Both the position numbers and the translations under genes were made by a program. Under the pieces are notes generated by a model. The model was not told where the DNA came from, searched no databases, and saw only the letters and a program-made list of their open reading frames with translations. 56,650 bases of DNA from Eubacteriales bacterium. Its GTDB lineage: Bacteria; Bacillota; Clostridia; Oscillospirales; CAG-272. Location: the NCBI GenBank assembly GCA_045591885.1, contig JAZNTT010000029.1, forward strand, positions 1-56,650, given 5' to 3'. This document shows positions 37,734 through 46,551 of the stretch, in pieces (the first letter of the stretch is position 1; each line of letters begins with the position of its first letter).

Positions 37734-38927
37734 TCATTCCTCATCAATAAACGAATATATCTTCTCGACCTCGCTTGAATTTCCGTAATCTGTGCTCATA
37801 CAGTTTTCAGAGAGCATCATCATAAGCTCGCCGTCGAAGAGAAGCGCAGCAATGCCCTCTGCACAAGCGCGGTTTTCAAGCGGAACGATGATTCCGTCAA
37901 AGCCGTCCTTAAGCTGGCTTTGTGCAGTCGCAAAATCGGTAATGACAACCGGCTTGCCGAGGATCTGTGCCTCAAGCACCGCTACCGCCTTGCCCTCATA
38001 CAGGCTCGGCTGAGCGTATACGTCGCAGGCATTTATATAAGGGTACGGATTCGCCTTAGACCCAAGGAGAATGACCGTTTCCTCCATACCGTACTTTGCA
38101 ATATTTGCTCTTATCTTTTCTTCTTCCGTTCCGCCGCCAAGTATGTACCATCGGAAATCGGCGCCGAGCTTCTTCATCTCTGACGCTATTATCGGAACAG
38201 ACACAAAATTTTTCTGCTCGTGAAGCCGTCCGCATGATACGATAACGGGCTTGTCCGTCTTTATCTCGTCCTGGCTTTCAAGAGCCGACTTGCGGATAGC
38301 ATCGGGGGAATAAATATTGTCAATACGAACAAGCTTGTCTCCGAGTGTCGGGAACTTCGTCAAGAACGCCTTACTTACCGACTCGGATATTGACACGATT
38401 CCGTCGTACTTTTCCCACATTCTCGTCTCCGACTCGGTGTCAAAATCGAGGAAGGAGTAGTCCGTGTGTATCCACGCAAGCTTCTTTTTACCGACACACT
38501 TTTCGATTCCGAAATAGTGAGGGGTCAGAAAGCTTATAACGAGATCGTATTCGGTTTCTGAGATCTTCGGCATATATTTTTTCGTGTACTTATGACTGTA
38601 TTCGACCTCAACGCCGACGGGATTGTTCAAGCTGTTCTTTTTCGTAAAGGCTTTTGCGCGCATTTTGCCGACAAACCGTCCGAACGCAACCCCGAAGCAG
38701 CCCTTTTTGATGACCTCACCGATCGGCACGCCGAGGCAGGTGTACTCCTTGATCTCGGGGAGCAGATTCACGCCATCGGGTATAAGTCCGAAAAGCTCTC
38801 CGTCGTGCTTCATCAGAAACAGGTCGACCTGATATTCACTTTTATCAAAAGCGGAAAGAAGCCCAATAAGCGCTCTTTCCGCGCCGCCGATATACATCGC
38901 GTGCGAAAGAACCAATACCTTTTTCAT
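37734..38927 (-). CDS. Glycosyltransferase family 4
   Basis: GGAERAL, AWIHTDY, GRL..QK, PS.YEG....LEA. Confidence 0.92.
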   Translation of the reverse strand: MKKVLVLSHAMYIGGAERALIGLLSAFDKSEYQVDLFLMKHDGELFGLIPDGVNLLPEIKEYTCLGVPIGEVIKKGCFGVAFGRFVGKMRAKAFTKKNSLNNPVGVEVEYSHKYTKKYMPKISETEYDLVISFLTPHYFGIEKCVGKKKLAWIHTDYSFLDFDTESETRMWEKYDGIVSISESVSKAFLTKFPTLGDKLVRIDNIYSPDAIRKSALESQDEIKTDKPVIVSCGRLHEQKNFVSVPIIASEMKKLGADFRWYILGGGTEEEKIRANIAKYGMEETVILLGSKANPYPYINACDVYAQPSLYEGKAVAVLEAQILGKPVVITDFATAQSQLKDGFDGIIVPLENRACAEGIAALLFDGELMMMLSENCMSTDYGNSSEVEKIYSFIDEE

Positions 38928-39652
38928 TTCTTTTTCCTTTTCAGAAAGTCGAGGCAATGCTCGCCGAAGGTTCGGCGGAGCTTGCGCGTTATCTTAACGC
39001 GGAATCGGACCCATCCGTTTATCCAGCTCGACGAATAGTGATGTATCGAAATTGTCTTGTCAGTGATCGTTAAGATCCCCGTTGAGTAGAACATCGGACA
39101 CATGTATTCCGACGGCAAAATTCTTATATTGCCGGGCAAAAGCTGATCCTTGTTTTCCTTCTCGAAGCCGTATTTGTAGAGCGAACGGGTATTACGAACG
39201 GGACATGGCGTAAGGTCGAAGCTTCCGTCCTCTTTTACGAATGTTTGACCCTCGTAATCGTCCATCATCGTCTTTACTGCCGCATTTCCCTGCTCGGCAC
39301 CGAAGCCGAGACCCGACGCGACGGTTATTCCGTCCGACTCGATTGCGAAAAACGCCTCGTGTTCAAGCAGAAAATCTATATTCTTTATAATCTCAACGTC
39401 GGTATCGAGATAGATGCCGCCGTTTTCATATATAATTTTCAAGCGCGCGTAGTCGCTGACGAACGCCCACTTTTTCATTTCAAACGCCTGTCTTACATAA
39501 AGCGGACAAGACTCAATGTCAAAATTTGTCTCATTCCAGAGAATGATCTCATAGTCGGGGCAATATTTTTTCCAGCTTCGCAGGCACTTTTTACCGAGAT
39601 GCGGCAGCGGATTACCGCCAAACCATACGTAATGAATCTTCTTCGGTATCAT
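38924..39652 (-). CDS. Glycosyltransferase family 32
   Basis: MIPKKIHY.WFG, SDYARL, GGIYLDTDVE. Confidence 0.92.
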   Translation of the reverse strand: MIPKKIHYVWFGGNPLPHLGKKCLRSWKKYCPDYEIILWNETNFDIESCPLYVRQAFEMKKWAFVSDYARLKIIYENGGIYLDTDVEIIKNIDFLLEHEAFFAIESDGITVASGLGFGAEQGNAAVKTMMDDYEGQTFVKEDGSFDLTPCPVRNTRSLYKYGFEKENKDQLLPGNIRILPSEYMCPMFYSTGILTITDKTISIHHYSSSWINGWVRFRVKITRKLRRTFGEHCLDFLKRKKK

Positions 39653-40722
39653 TTTATTACCTCGGTAGTTTTTCTGACGACCTCGTTTCGGTCAAAGTTC
39701 GCTTCAACGTGCGCCCGTCCTCGTTTGCCCATCTTTTCTCTTTCGTCTCTATTCATAAGGCAAACGCGCTTCATCGCTTCATAAAGCAACTCACCGTCGC
39801 GAACGGGGCAAACAAATCCGCTTTCACCCGAGACGACTGCCTCGCGGCAACCGTAAACGTCGGTCGTCACAAGCACGCGCCCGATCGCCGCGCCCTCGAG
39901 AAGCACGTTCGACATTCCCTCGTGATAAGACGGAAGAACAACCGCATCACACGATTTGTAAAGCGATGCCACGTCGGTTATGAAGCCGAGATAGTTAATA
40001 ACTCCCTTTTCGTGAAGCTCGTTTACTGTCTGCTCATAGGAATCCTCAAATATTCCCGCAACGTGTAATTCAAATTTGTCACCAAACTCGCTTTTCAGCT
40101 TCTTCGCGGCGTAAAACAGCTCGTCCACGCCCTTTTCCTTCATGATTCGACTGACGAACGCAAATTTTACAGTATCGCCCTCGGGCATAGGAGTGAGCGG
40201 AAAAGCATCAAGATCGACCCCTGCGCCGCTGAACACAACGGCTTGATCCCTTTTAATTATCTTCTTGCTTACGAAGTGGTCGCGGTTACCCTCGTTTTCA
40301 AAGAAAACGGCTTTCGCCTTTTTCGCCGCCCAACGGTACATGGTCGAAACGACGGTCTTAAGTCCCTTGCGGTAAAAGGCGCTTCCAAGTCCCTGAACGT
40401 GCAAATAATACGGCACGCCAAGCTTTCGGCAGGCGTAACCGCCGTAGATATTCGGCTTGATCGAGTAGGTTATCACCGCATCGGGATCGACCTCTTTGAT
40501 GATTTTCTTGTACTGCTTGTAAAGCTTCAGGTCGCTTATCGGATTGATCCCGCGTCTGTCAACGTCGGCATAAACTATATCGCAGCCGAGCTTTTTAAGC
40601 TCCTCTTCTCCGCCGTGAGGCACACATGCGGTTACGGATGCATTCTTCAGAAGCTCACGCAAAAGCGCTCCGCGGTAAATAACGAGCATTCCGCCGTTAT
40701 TAGATATTATAAGATAACGCAT
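39649..40722 (-). CDS. Glycosyltransferase family 4 (CapM-like)
   Basis: RRGINP..DL, KPNIYG, GLGS, GVD, KEKG, PSYHEGMSNVLLE; AAGGAG RBS. Confidence 0.92.
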   Translation of the reverse strand: MRYLIISNNGGMLVIYRGALLRELLKNASVTACVPHGGEEELKKLGCDIVYADVDRRGINPISDLKLYKQYKKIIKEVDPDAVITYSIKPNIYGGYACRKLGVPYYLHVQGLGSAFYRKGLKTVVSTMYRWAAKKAKAVFFENEGNRDHFVSKKIIKRDQAVVFSGAGVDLDAFPLTPMPEGDTVKFAFVSRIMKEKGVDELFYAAKKLKSEFGDKFELHVAGIFEDSYEQTVNELHEKGVINYLGFITDVASLYKSCDAVVLPSYHEGMSNVLLEGAAIGRVLVTTDVYGCREAVVSGESGFVCPVRDGELLYEAMKRVCLMNRDEREKMGKRGRAHVEANFDRNEVVRKTTEVIK

Positions 40723-40771
40723 TATAGCTGAACACTCCTTTCTTACATCACACTTGTAGGCATACATTGTT

Positions 40772-40800
40772 ATTATATAATATAAAAACTATATTGTCAA
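40772..40800 (-). promoter_or_regulatory. Sigma-A promoter of the glycopolymer operon
   Basis: TTGACA-17 nt-TATAAT, perfect consensus. Confidence 0.8.
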
Positions 40801-40854
40801 GACGCGCTGCGCACACAATAATAATGTAACATTGTTTTGTAACTACACACCTCA

Positions 40855-40894
40855 GGGACCCCCAAGACTCCTTGCATTCGCTTTGGGGAACCTC
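40855..40894 (+). repeat. ~40-bp CCCCAA...GGGGAACC repeat, copy 1
   Basis: Similar to 45463-45503 and 54577-54616. Confidence 0.7.
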
Positions 40895-40966
40895 TACCAA
40901 ATGCGAGTCTTGAGACCATCTCTGTTCGTCCGATTTTTCTGATTCATTCTTTACTCTCTATCATTT

Positions 40967-40996
40967 AAAAAACCCACCTGCAAGTCAGGTGGGTTT
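40967..40996 (-). terminator. Intrinsic terminator after the nucleotidyltransferase gene
   Basis: AAAAAACCCACCTG-CAAGT-CAGGTGGGTTT. Confidence 0.85.
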
Positions 40997-40998
40997 CA

Positions 40999-42162
40999 TC
41001 ACTGTTCATCTTTCTTTTGATTTGATTTTGCGATCATTTTTATTATCTTGACCGTCTTTCCGAGTCTGTTAAAGAGAATATCAAACGCCCTGTATATCCA
41101 TCCGAACGGGAGAAGCCACCATCTTGAAAAAAACGGATTATACTTCTTCATATACTCAACTCCCGGGAAAATCCTGCTAATAAGATAACCGAATTTACCC
41201 TTTTTGCGAATACCCTTCTCGACTCTGCCCTCACCGGATATATTGAACATATTAAGCATAAACGCCTGCAGAAGCGTCCGCATCTCGTCCGAAAGCTTAC
41301 AGATATCAAAGCTCTCGACCTCGTCGAATATCTCGCGCACAAGCTCTCGGCAATCGCAGTCGAATTTCCAAACGTCAAGCTTGCTTAACTCGTTTTCTAT
41401 ATATGCAAAATCAAGATTCGGCTTCTTATTCAGATATACGAACACGTCAATAAGATGACGCGCACCAATGCTCTCGCTGAAAGCAAAATGCTTGTATGCA
41501 TGCAAAACGATATATATATAGAAATCCTCATCCGTAAAGTGATAGCCGAAATTACTATCGTCATTCTTTACAAGGCGATCCTTCACGTCACTATAATAGC
41601 TTCTGAACACGGGCCTTTTTTCTCCGTAAAGCTCAACGTGCATCTCGTAATTGAATATAGGCTTTTTTTGATATACGTCGTGAAATCCTTCGTTATAATG
41701 CTCTATTGAATATCCCCGAGACACGAAATAATCTCTTACATACTCTCGATACGCACCGTCAAAAAAAATATCGTTATCCGACATCTGACGGAGTCCAAGC
41801 TTCGGATACATATCCTTCAAAATTGCACCCTTGAGCGGCATATACCATATACCTTTTTCTTCGAGATGTGCCAAAATGACCTCGCGCTCAGTGTCGAGCA
41901 GAATATTCTTGCGGACAGACATCGCACGCGCCTGAGCGAAAGCGTCAAGAACGGGCGCATTTTCATCCGTTTTTTCAATACCCAGCTTGTCGATTCCCTC
42001 GCTGACGAGCGAGGCAAGACCGTTATACGCGCTTATCTTGTATATCCCCGCGAGCGACACAGTGCTTGTATCGACCTTTTCACCGCCGCGCCCCGTAAGT
42101 GCGCAGACGCAAAGCCTAAGCATATCGCAGGCAGCGTTTATTCTTTTATTTTCCTTATCCAT
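40999..42162 (-). CDS. Uncharacterised nucleotidyltransferase family protein (NTP_transf_5-like)
   Basis: PLKG..L..MYP..GLRQMSDNDI, YEMH..L, H..KH...G.R.L.D. Confidence 0.88.
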   Translation of the reverse strand: MDKENKRINAACDMLRLCVCALTGRGGEKVDTSTVSLAGIYKISAYNGLASLVSEGIDKLGIEKTDENAPVLDAFAQARAMSVRKNILLDTEREVILAHLEEKGIWYMPLKGAILKDMYPKLGLRQMSDNDIFFDGAYREYVRDYFVSRGYSIEHYNEGFHDVYQKKPIFNYEMHVELYGEKRPVFRSYYSDVKDRLVKNDDSNFGYHFTDEDFYIYIVLHAYKHFAFSESIGARHLIDVFVYLNKKPNLDFAYIENELSKLDVWKFDCDCRELVREIFDEVESFDICKLSDEMRTLLQAFMLNMFNISGEGRVEKGIRKKGKFGYLISRIFPGVEYMKKYNPFFSRWWLLPFGWIYRAFDILFNRLGKTVKIIKMIAKSNQKKDEQ

Positions 42163-42602
42163 CTTTTGATCTTCCGTCCCGCTCTTATAATAAAGTGCCT
42201 CAGGTGATAGGTCGTATTCCAGAGAACACTGTAAAAACGATATGCCCTGTTCCTATTAGCATCGATCATCTTACCTTTTCTGTAAATATGCGTCACAACG
42301 CCTATCATTCTTCCGTTTTCAACACGCTCAAGAAAATACGTGTTGTCACCGCGCATAAGGCAATAGCCGTCCATCACCTTGACACATCTGTGCAAAACGT
42401 GTGTCCCATCAGGGCGTATATAAAGCACGATATCGTATTTCTTGACACCGTCCTTTATCGGTGACAGCATAACGTGCGTCCGACGTTCAAACAGCAGCGG
42501 CTGCATCGAGCAACCCACGGTAAAAAACGTCACACTTCTGCCGTTTTCAAGCTCCTCTTTCAGCGTCGTATGCTTCGTTTCGGGGGTGAAATTTTCTGTC
42601 AT
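42138..42602 (-). CDS. S24/S26-family peptidase-like protein without membrane anchor
   Basis: G.SM.PLL (catalytic Ser), DIVLY.R, VLHR, RGDN. Confidence 0.85.
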   Translation of the reverse strand: MTENFTPETKHTTLKEELENGRSVTFFTVGCSMQPLLFERRTHVMLSPIKDGVKKYDIVLYIRPDGTHVLHRCVKVMDGYCLMRGDNTYFLERVENGRMIGVVTHIYRKGKMIDANRNRAYRFYSVLWNTTYHLRHFIIRAGRKIKRWIRKIKE

Positions 42603-42865
42603 ATATCAAGCACACCCGCATCCTTGAGTTGAGAAATAAATGACGTAGCAGCAGTGGCGGCAGTTGCTTCGTCAATTCCGTATTCTGCAATAAGCGCGGA
42701 AATCACGTTATTTTCGTCAGTTTCCTTTTCGAGCCGGCGAAAAATGAACGCACCCGTATCGTTCAAACGTATCATTCCGCGAAATTTTGTCGTCATCTTT
42801 CCGATAGCGACAACTACGTTCTCTCCGCCAACCGAGTGTAAAACAAATCCATCCTTGATTTTCAT
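42599..42865 (-). CDS. PqqD-family / RiPP recognition element (RRE) protein
   Basis: MKIKDGFVL..VGGE.VVV...F.G.I.LN.TG.FI..L...L..EY.ID...A....F...L...G.L. Confidence 0.9.
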   Translation of the reverse strand: MKIKDGFVLHSVGGENVVVAIGKMTTKFRGMIRLNDTGAFIFRRLEKETDENNVISALIAEYGIDEATAATAATSFISQLKDAGVLDI

Positions 42866-42866
42866 A

Positions 42867-43571
42867 TCAGTTCCCCTTCATTCCGTTATACGCGACGCGT
42901 GCAGCGTCGTCGTCCATATTGCAGTAAAGGTTATATATCGGTACGTTTTTGATTATCTTGTCCATCATCGCCATAAAGGCGGCAAGATCTGCCCCGTTTT
43001 GCGGCAACAGCACTTGATGGAATATCTGTCCGACGGCATCATGCGAGGTCGCAGGCGCGATCTCATTTTTTTCGCCTCTGCGAAGTATACACATTCCGCG
43101 AACAGGAGCACTCATATTGCAGCCGAGAAGCTCCTTGCCGCGCCACGGCGTACCGTGAGCTGTCAAAACTCCGTCTTTATAAGTAAAATAGGGCTTGTCA
43201 CCGTTAAGAACAACAGCGCGGTCGCCAAACACCTTTTGCCATAAGCTAATATGTGTCGACTTTCCAACACCGCTCTTTGCCATAAAGACGAATGCCTCGC
43301 CGTCTACAGTGACTACCGCCGAATGTATTAGCATAACACCGTACTTCACGAGTGCTCGCGTCGCGGCGCGGTGAATACAGGTTCCCTCGCATATAGCGAG
43401 CGGAAACTCTCCGTTAGTCAGCTTGTTTTCCGCCTCGATCTCCTCGTCGGTAGCCGAGACAGTAATAATCGGCGTCTCATCCGTCAGATATTCGTCACAT
43501 ATTGCGCGAATATGCCCGTATTTGTGTATAACGCGGACGGGAACACCCGCCAAAGATACGCAAAGCTCCAT
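42867..43571 (-). CDS. HPr kinase-like P-loop protein
   Basis: IHSAVV, Walker A AKSGVGKSTH, LNGDKP, GTPW.GKE; TGTTATAAT extended -10 upstream. Confidence 0.8.
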   Translation of the reverse strand: MELCVSLAGVPVRVIHKYGHIRAICDEYLTDETPIITVSATDEEIEAENKLTNGEFPLAICEGTCIHRAATRALVKYGVMLIHSAVVTVDGEAFVFMAKSGVGKSTHISLWQKVFGDRAVVLNGDKPYFTYKDGVLTAHGTPWRGKELLGCNMSAPVRGMCILRRGEKNEIAPATSHDAVGQIFHQVLLPQNGADLAAFMAMMDKIIKNVPIYNLYCNMDDDAARVAYNGMKGN

Positions 43572-43651
43572 AATACCACCATTTTTTCATAGTTATACTT
43601 ATTATAACACAGCCGAATAAAATAAACAATAGCGAATTAAAAAATAAAGCA

Positions 43652-43682
43652 AAAAGCAAGAACGATCACTCGTTCTTGCTTT
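43652..43682 (-). terminator. Intrinsic terminator after the M23 peptidase gene
   Basis: AAAGCAAGAACGA-TCAC-TCGTTCTTGCTTT. Confidence 0.85.
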
Positions 43683-43688
43683 ATAACC

Positions 43689-45152
43689 TTAATTTTCCCA
43701 GGGCTTAGCGGAGGGGAGATAGTTTCTCGGATTAACGGGCTTGCCGTTGATCCGCACCTCAAAATGAACGTGAGGGCCGGTAACACGTCCCGTTGTACCC
43801 ATCGTTCCTATCATCTGTCCCTTGTAAACCTTATCGCCAACCTTGACGTCGATTCTGTCCATGTGTGCGTATCTGGTCTCAACGCCGTTTTCATGAGCGA
43901 TCTTAACAATTAGTCCGTATGTTCCGCTATACGAAGCGAAGGTTACGACTCCGCCGTCCGCAGCGTAAAGCGAAGTACCTCGTGCCGCCGCGATGTCGAT
44001 CGCCTTGTGGTATGCTCCCGCATCGTCAAGTCCTTCACGGTTAACACCGAATCCGGAGGTTATAACGAATCTGTCAAGAACAGGCCACATGAACGAGCCG
44101 GTCGGAGCAGTCGAAGGATAATTCTTAGTACCTACGATCATGATACGAGCAGTCGGTTCGGAAATTACGTTTGAGGAAACGAGAGTCTTCGAAACCTCAA
44201 CACCGTCTATATAAGCTATTTCGTATACGTTTTCGGCAATTCCGTTTTCGCCCGCGACAGTCACCTTGCTCTGTCCGATGTAAAGCTCGTCGGTCTCTAC
44301 GGTAATTGTATCGAAAGGAACGATCTCGGAATAAGTTTCTATAACGCAAGTCTTGAATTCAATTGAAGAATTAAGCTCACCGAGATTGAACGAGAAATCG
44401 AACTTGGGAAGCTCGGTCGCCGCCTCATTCTTAAGCATACCGAACGCAAAATTTTTATCTGCGTAGAGCAGATTAAGCGCTCCGTCCGCAGTCACTCTGT
44501 TCGAAGCGTCGCCGTCATCGGTCTCATCATGGTCGCTTACGTTAAGAATGGAACGGCAAAGCGTTTCGGGCTTCGTCACTCTGTCAGATCGGCAGATCTT
44601 CGACGTGATTGCAAAATCCGTCGTAAGCTCAACGAAATCAGCAACGTCGTCCTTTTCAAGAACGCTGTCTATAATGTGTTCTCTGAAATGCTCAACAACC
44701 TGCTCTGCTTCGGAATATGTAGCGCAGAAGCCGATCTCAATACCCTTCATTGATATGCAATATGCACGGACGTAATCGGTTAAACATTCCTTGTAAAGGA
44801 TCTCCGCACACTCGCTCGCATTCACTTTCTTAGCGCTCGAAAGCATAAAGGAGCAGGTTATTTTCATGTCGGTTCTGTCGGATATACCGTTTTCAACGTG
44901 AAGCTTTTCAAGAAGCGCAAGAGCGCGGTTGAACTCGCTTCGGCTTCCGACCTTGCAAACCGCCTCACCGTCGACGTAAACAACGCCCGACGTACCCGCG
45001 GAAACTATAGCGGCACTTGAACCGAGAAGAATTGCGATAGCAGACACCGCCGCAATGATCCTGCCGTTGCGCGTTTTTATCGCATTTCCAAGAAACGTAC
45101 AGACGCCGCTCAGCTTTTTATTCAGCTTTTTGAGTATGGCGCGAAGGTCCAT
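43689..45152 (-). CDS. M23-family peptidoglycan DD-metalloendopeptidase with G5 domain
   Basis: G5-like segment (G.NG...Y.DG.EV...VGTK); HKAIDIA, YAHM, PHVHFEVR; AAAGGAG RBS. Confidence 0.9.
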   Translation of the reverse strand: MDLRAILKKLNKKLSGVCTFLGNAIKTRNGRIIAAVSAIAILLGSSAAIVSAGTSGVVYVDGEAVCKVGSRSEFNRALALLEKLHVENGISDRTDMKITCSFMLSSAKKVNASECAEILYKECLTDYVRAYCISMKGIEIGFCATYSEAEQVVEHFREHIIDSVLEKDDVADFVELTTDFAITSKICRSDRVTKPETLCRSILNVSDHDETDDGDASNRVTADGALNLLYADKNFAFGMLKNEAATELPKFDFSFNLGELNSSIEFKTCVIETYSEIVPFDTITVETDELYIGQSKVTVAGENGIAENVYEIAYIDGVEVSKTLVSSNVISEPTARIMIVGTKNYPSTAPTGSFMWPVLDRFVITSGFGVNREGLDDAGAYHKAIDIAAARGTSLYAADGGVVTFASYSGTYGLIVKIAHENGVETRYAHMDRIDVKVGDKVYKGQMIGTMGTTGRVTGPHVHFEVRINGKPVNPRNYLPSAKPWEN

Positions 45153-45443
45153 TTCGGTGGTTCTCCTTTCGTAAAAATCATTTTCGCCAATTAACCCAAA
45201 TACTATCTTACCACAAAAAATACAAGAAATCAAGGTTTTTTGTGATTTTTGCTGATATGTCAGTATTTTACAGCCGATTTTAGCCGTTTTTATGCGTTAT
45301 ATTGAAGGATTTTCTCCGTTTTTGAACCTAAAATGAATTTTTCCCGTCAGCATGGATTGCTTCACATTTATATAATATGCGGCTTTTTAGAGCGCGTCAC
45401 CGACGGGCTTTTGCCGCCTGCATAAATACTTGCCGCGTTATTT

Positions 45444-45588
45444 GTAGGGCGGGGGCTTGCTCGGAACCCCCAAAACTCGCGTTCGCTCGTTTCGGGGAAC
45501 CCCACGTGCTCCCGCCTCCCGCAGGTCGAATGACCTGCGGAAAGATACAACATTGTTTTAAAACGGCGGGAGTAAACCCCCGCCCTAC
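45444..45588. repeat. Inverted pair of GTAG REP-like units (REPIN-like), left unit interrupted
   Basis: GTAGGGCGGGGGCTTGCTC[insert]TGCTCCCGCC and the inverted variant CGGCGGGAGTAAACCCCCGCCCTAC (45564-45588). Confidence 0.8.
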
Positions 45589-45650
45589 GGCGTGCCACAG
45601 ATTTACCATCGCACAAACACAATGGAAGGCAAAACAAGATCCCTCAAACC

Positions 45651-45678
45651 AAAAACGGCGGACACTTCCGCCGTTTTT
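45651..45678 (-). terminator. Terminator after rsmI
   Basis: AAAACGGCGGA-CACT-TCCGCCGTTTT. Confidence 0.8.
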
Positions 45679-46547
45679 CACTTATTCTCGTAATTCAAAA
45701 ATTCCTTGTAGACCGCGTTTTTGGGAAGCCCCCTATCCTTTGCCGCCGCTTTTACAGCCGACATCTTGTCGAGTCCCATTTTGTCAACGTAATAAATAAC
45801 GTGCTCGGGCAGAGTCATATCGACCCAGAACGCATCGCCGCTATCCTTTCTGCCGTCAACGACGATGACAAACTCCCCTCTCGGCTCGGTCTTTTCAAAA
45901 TGCGCTAAGGCATCACCGAGGGTGAAACGAAGGACCTCCTCGTTCCGCTTCGTAAGCTCACGGCAAAAAGCCGCCTTGCGATCGCGCCCAAAGGCGTCAG
46001 CCATCATAGCAACAGTTTCGGTAAGACGGTGAGGCGCTTCGTAGAAGATAATGCTCCGCTCCTCGCCCGAAAGCGTGTTAAGGCGCTCTTTTTTAGCGTT
46101 GTCCTTCCCCTCAAGGAAGCCCTCGAAGACGAATCGGCGCGTCGAAAGCCCCGAAAGCGCAAGCGCGTTTACCGCAGCACAGGCGCCGGGGACTGCAACG
46201 ACGTTTATTCCGTTTTCCGCGCAAAGACGAACGAGATCCTCGCCGGGATCGCTTATCGCAGGCGTTCCGGCATCAGTCACAAGCGCACAGCTTTCGCCGT
46301 TTTTGAGACGCTGAAGTATCATTTCGCCCGCAGAGCGCTTCGTATGCTCCTCATAGGTAACACAGGGCTTCTTTATCTCATAAGCAGAAAGAAGCTTCGC
46401 TGTTACTCTCGTGTCCTCTGCGGCAATAAAGTCGCACTCCGTCAAGGTCTTGACGGCGCGATAGGTCATATCGTCGAGATTTCCTATCGGCGTTGCGACA
46501 AGATAGAGCGTCGACGGTAAAATTTTGTTCTTCTCGGTATCGGACAT
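45678..46547 (-). CDS. rsmI: 16S rRNA C1402 2'-O-methyltransferase
   Basis: LYLVATPIGNL.D, AEDTR, DAGTPAISDPG, FYEAPHR, RELTK, PRGEFV. Confidence 0.96.
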   Translation of the reverse strand: MSDTEKNKILPSTLYLVATPIGNLDDMTYRAVKTLTECDFIAAEDTRVTAKLLSAYEIKKPCVTYEEHTKRSAGEMILQRLKNGESCALVTDAGTPAISDPGEDLVRLCAENGINVVAVPGACAAVNALALSGLSTRRFVFEGFLEGKDNAKKERLNTLSGEERSIIFYEAPHRLTETVAMMADAFGRDRKAAFCRELTKRNEEVLRFTLGDALAHFEKTEPRGEFVIVVDGRKDSGDAFWVDMTLPEHVIYYVDKMGLDKMSAVKAAAKDRGLPKNAVYKEFLNYENK

Positions 46548-46551
46548 AGTC

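Noticed and set aside
40800-40966. Possible precursor peptide between the cassette and the GT operon
   Set aside because: Only very short ORFs (e.g. MNQKNRTNRDGLKTRIW*) downstream of the terminator, overlapping a repeat
43495-43590. Short minus-strand ORF MKKWWYYG... as a possible RRE precursor
   Set aside because: Overlaps the kinase gene out of frame, has no RBS and no leader-like motif
45153-45440. c-di-AMP riboswitch upstream of the M23 peptidase
   Set aside because: No ydaO consensus elements; a promoter (TTGATT-17-TAAGAT) lies close to the start codon
45368-45799. Overlapping 89-140 aa ORFs on both strands
   Set aside because: They run through GC-rich REP palindromes and a terminator; not credible proteins
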